Made by a program: the position numbers and the translations under genes. The notes beneath the pieces are model-generated. The model worked only from the letters and a program-made list of their open reading frames with translations, had not been told where the DNA came from and did not search any database. A stretch of DNA of 63,579 bases, the filler included, from Octopus bimaculoides (taxonomy: Eukaryota), in NCBI RefSeq assembly GCF_001194135.2. It is 5 parts of 5 records of this genome, joined end to end, with 100 filler letters (N's around TTAATTAATTAA, not from the genome) between each part and the next. Parts side by side here need not be neighbours in the genome. Positions count along the whole stretch, not along the records: positions 60,741 to 63,579 come from NC_068989.1; 4 more parts are not named here. One strand, given 5' to 3'. This document shows positions 61,074-63,579 of this stretch, in pieces. Position 1 is the stretch's first letter. Every line of letters begins with the position of its first letter.

Positions 61074-62351
61074 NNNNNNNNNNGCTCTCTCTCTCTCCCT
61101 CTCTGCTTCTCTCTCTCTCTCTGTTTCTTTTTCTCTTCCTCACATACACAATATGTATATGTAACATGCGTGTAAAAGAAAGAAGCCGGATCTCTCATAA
61201 TACATTCCTACGTTCTTATAAAAAAAATAAAAAAACGGGAAGACAAATTGCAAAATGTAGATCAAAATATATTAAAAATATGTTTTAAAAGTATATTTAA
61301 ATAAATGAAATTGTCAGGATTGGATCAAATTTTATCACAGCAATAGCCACACTCGTACACACACACACATACACACTCACGGAGGCACGTACACCGATTC
61401 TTTCTTTCTTCCTTTCTTTCTTCCCTTCTTTTTCTTTCTTCCTCCCTCCTTCCTTCTCTCTCTTTCTTTCTTTATCCGATGATAAGGGCTGACTGATCTT
61501 TAGGCTGAGGCTGGGAAACATTAGTCGAAAGTTGAGTACCAGAGCCTCTTTGCGCGTTACCTTCTCCCTGGCTCATATCATAACGTCTGACAAACCTCTG
61601 CGCGGTGAGAAAACACTGTTTTATTGCACAGCATTACCAAACGTGCAGCGTTGGTCTTAAAGCATGCATGATACTTATTCACTGTAAGATTAGTTGAGTC
61701 GCCGTGTCTTCATATATAAACTATGATGGATTCCACGTCAGTGTCGTCGAGAAGTATTCATTAATTAGCTGAACTACTGTATTTTCATCCTAGGTCAATC
61801 ACAAGCTTTTAAGGTTATTAGGCTGGAACTTATTCCAGTTTCTGCGACGTATACCAGACCGAGCAAATGATACTTCCTCCAAGGCTGGACGCTAATCGGT
61901 TAGAAGATTAAGTCCACAGTTGTTGTTGAATCTCTTTCAGTCGAGTGGAGGAGTGGAGTAATATAAAATGGAGTGTCACACTCGAGAACACAACCAGCCG
62001 CTCGGTCTGGGAATCGGAACCACGACTCTAAGACCGTGAGTCGAACGCTTTAACTACTACACCACGTACCTTCTACGCTCAGCGTAATGCGATAGTCACT
62101 CCCCAGGCGCTAGACGGCAGCAACCAACGAACAAATGAAACACATACATTGAGTATGAGCGGTCGATAACGTTTACAACACTAACAGTGCTTTTAATTCG
62201 TTATTGAATTTAACAGATCTGTCTTGATGAAGAGGTCTATCTGCCGGGGAAGGCATGGTCTGACATGGAATAAACGAAAATGTATATAAGACATTCTATT
62301 GTAACAATTGCACGGCAACGACTGGCTATTCAGCTAGTATATATCTCTTTT

Positions 62352-62842
62352 CTTTCTCTTTTACTTGTTTCAGTCATTTGACTGTGGCCATGCTGGAGCA
62401 CCGCCTTTAGTCGAGCAAATCGACCCCAGGACTAATTCTTTGTAAGCCTAGTACTTATTCTATCAGTCTGTGCTGNNNNNNNNNNNNNNNNNNNNNNNNN
62501 NNNNNNNNNNNNNNNNNNNNNNNNNNNNNNNNNNNNNNNNNNNNNNNNNNNNNNNNNNNNNNNNNNNNNNNNNNNNNNNNNNNNNNNNNNNNNNNNNNNN
62601 NNNNNNNNNNNNNNNNNNNNNNNNNNNNNNNNNNNNNNNNNNNNNNNNNNNNNNNNNNNNNNNNNNNATATATATATATATATACATACATATATACGAC
62701 GGGCTCCTTTCAGTTTCCGTCTACCAAATCCACTTACAAGGCTTTGGTCGGCCCGAGACTATAGTAGAAGACACTTGCCTAAGGTGCCACGCAGTGGGAC
62801 TGATCCCAGAACCATGTGGTTGGTAAGCAAGCTACTTACCAC
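62352..62842 (-). mobile_element. SINE family 1 copy spanning a gap
   Basis: Reverse complement of family 1 on both sides of the N run. Confidence 0.8.
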
Positions 62843-62855
62843 ACACCTATATATA

Positions 62856-62892
<37 letters not shown>

Positions 62893-63579
62893 AGCCGCAC
62901 GGCCTTATTTTATGTACATTTATTTTATTTGTTTGTATATTCACATTTGTGTTGTGTTTGTTTTCGTTACCGTCCCCAACATTCGTTCGCTATTCCCATC
63001 AGCTTCTCGCTGCTGGCGCCGCCAAAAGCGAACAATATCGTTAAAGGCGTAAAATCGCAAGGATCTTTTGGACGATAATTGACGAGGAATTAGCAACATC
63101 CAGTCTCGTGGGTGAATATTCCGTGTTTCTTTGTTATGTTTGTGTTTAAATTTTGGAACTTATATATTTGTGTATTTCATTCGGTTCCATCTTCAGTCCA
63201 TATTTACACTTTCGAGTCTGTGTGTTTCTGTTGATACATAATCCTCAGTATGTACCATTCAAATCTCTCTTCTTCTGTCTCCTCCTTTTTCTTTTCTTCT
63301 TCTTCCGCTTCTTCATTATCTTCTTTTCTTCTATTTCAACAGCAATAACAATACCAAACAGCAGTTACTGCTGCTGCCGCTGCTGCCGCTGCTGCCGCTA
63401 CTACTACTACTACTATTACTACCACCGCCACCACCACCCCCACCACGATCGCCGCCACCACCACCACCACCACCACTACTACTACTATCACCTCTCTTTT
63501 TAAATTTCATCATCATCATTGTCATCATTTCTACTCCAAGAGGGAGGCTCTATAAGTGGTCACCCCCCCCCATGTAAGA

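Overview
Eukaryotic, AT-rich, microsatellite- and transposon-saturated animal DNA. The SINE/RTE/Penelope landscape and the (GAT)n/(TA)n load suggest an octopus-like cephalopod (inference). Four identical artificial linkers (44 N + TTAATTAATTAA + 44 N) join five segments: ~1-27566, 27667-40516, 40617-59211, 59312-60640 and 60741-63579. The only host gene I can support is the 5' part of XRN1 (+ strand). It has eight GT-AG exons between 6250 and 22336 that splice in frame to 898 nt (~299 aa) with all visible catalytic acidic residues intact. The first coding exon and all exons after 22336 were not found. The rest is mobile DNA: a near full-length dead RTE LINE with a PHD-like finger and many 3'-tail copies, Penelope-like elements, three tRNA-derived SINE families, hAT/Tc1-mariner/piggyBac-like MITEs with readable TIRs and TSDs, a nested 5.8 kb hAT element, and a Helitron helicase remnant with its 3' end. 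Best leads: (1) Penelope pseudo-LTRs that couple a tRNA-like Pol III promoter to a minimal hammerhead ribozyme fold, with a second family showing compensatory helix changes; (2) a U6 snRNA retrocopy fused directly to an RTE 3' tail inside an XRN1 intron; (3) a 130-bp MITE carrying telomeric repeats; (4) a multi-layer transposon nest with datable TSDs. There is no CRISPR or prokaryotic system here. All alignments were done by eye, without tools.
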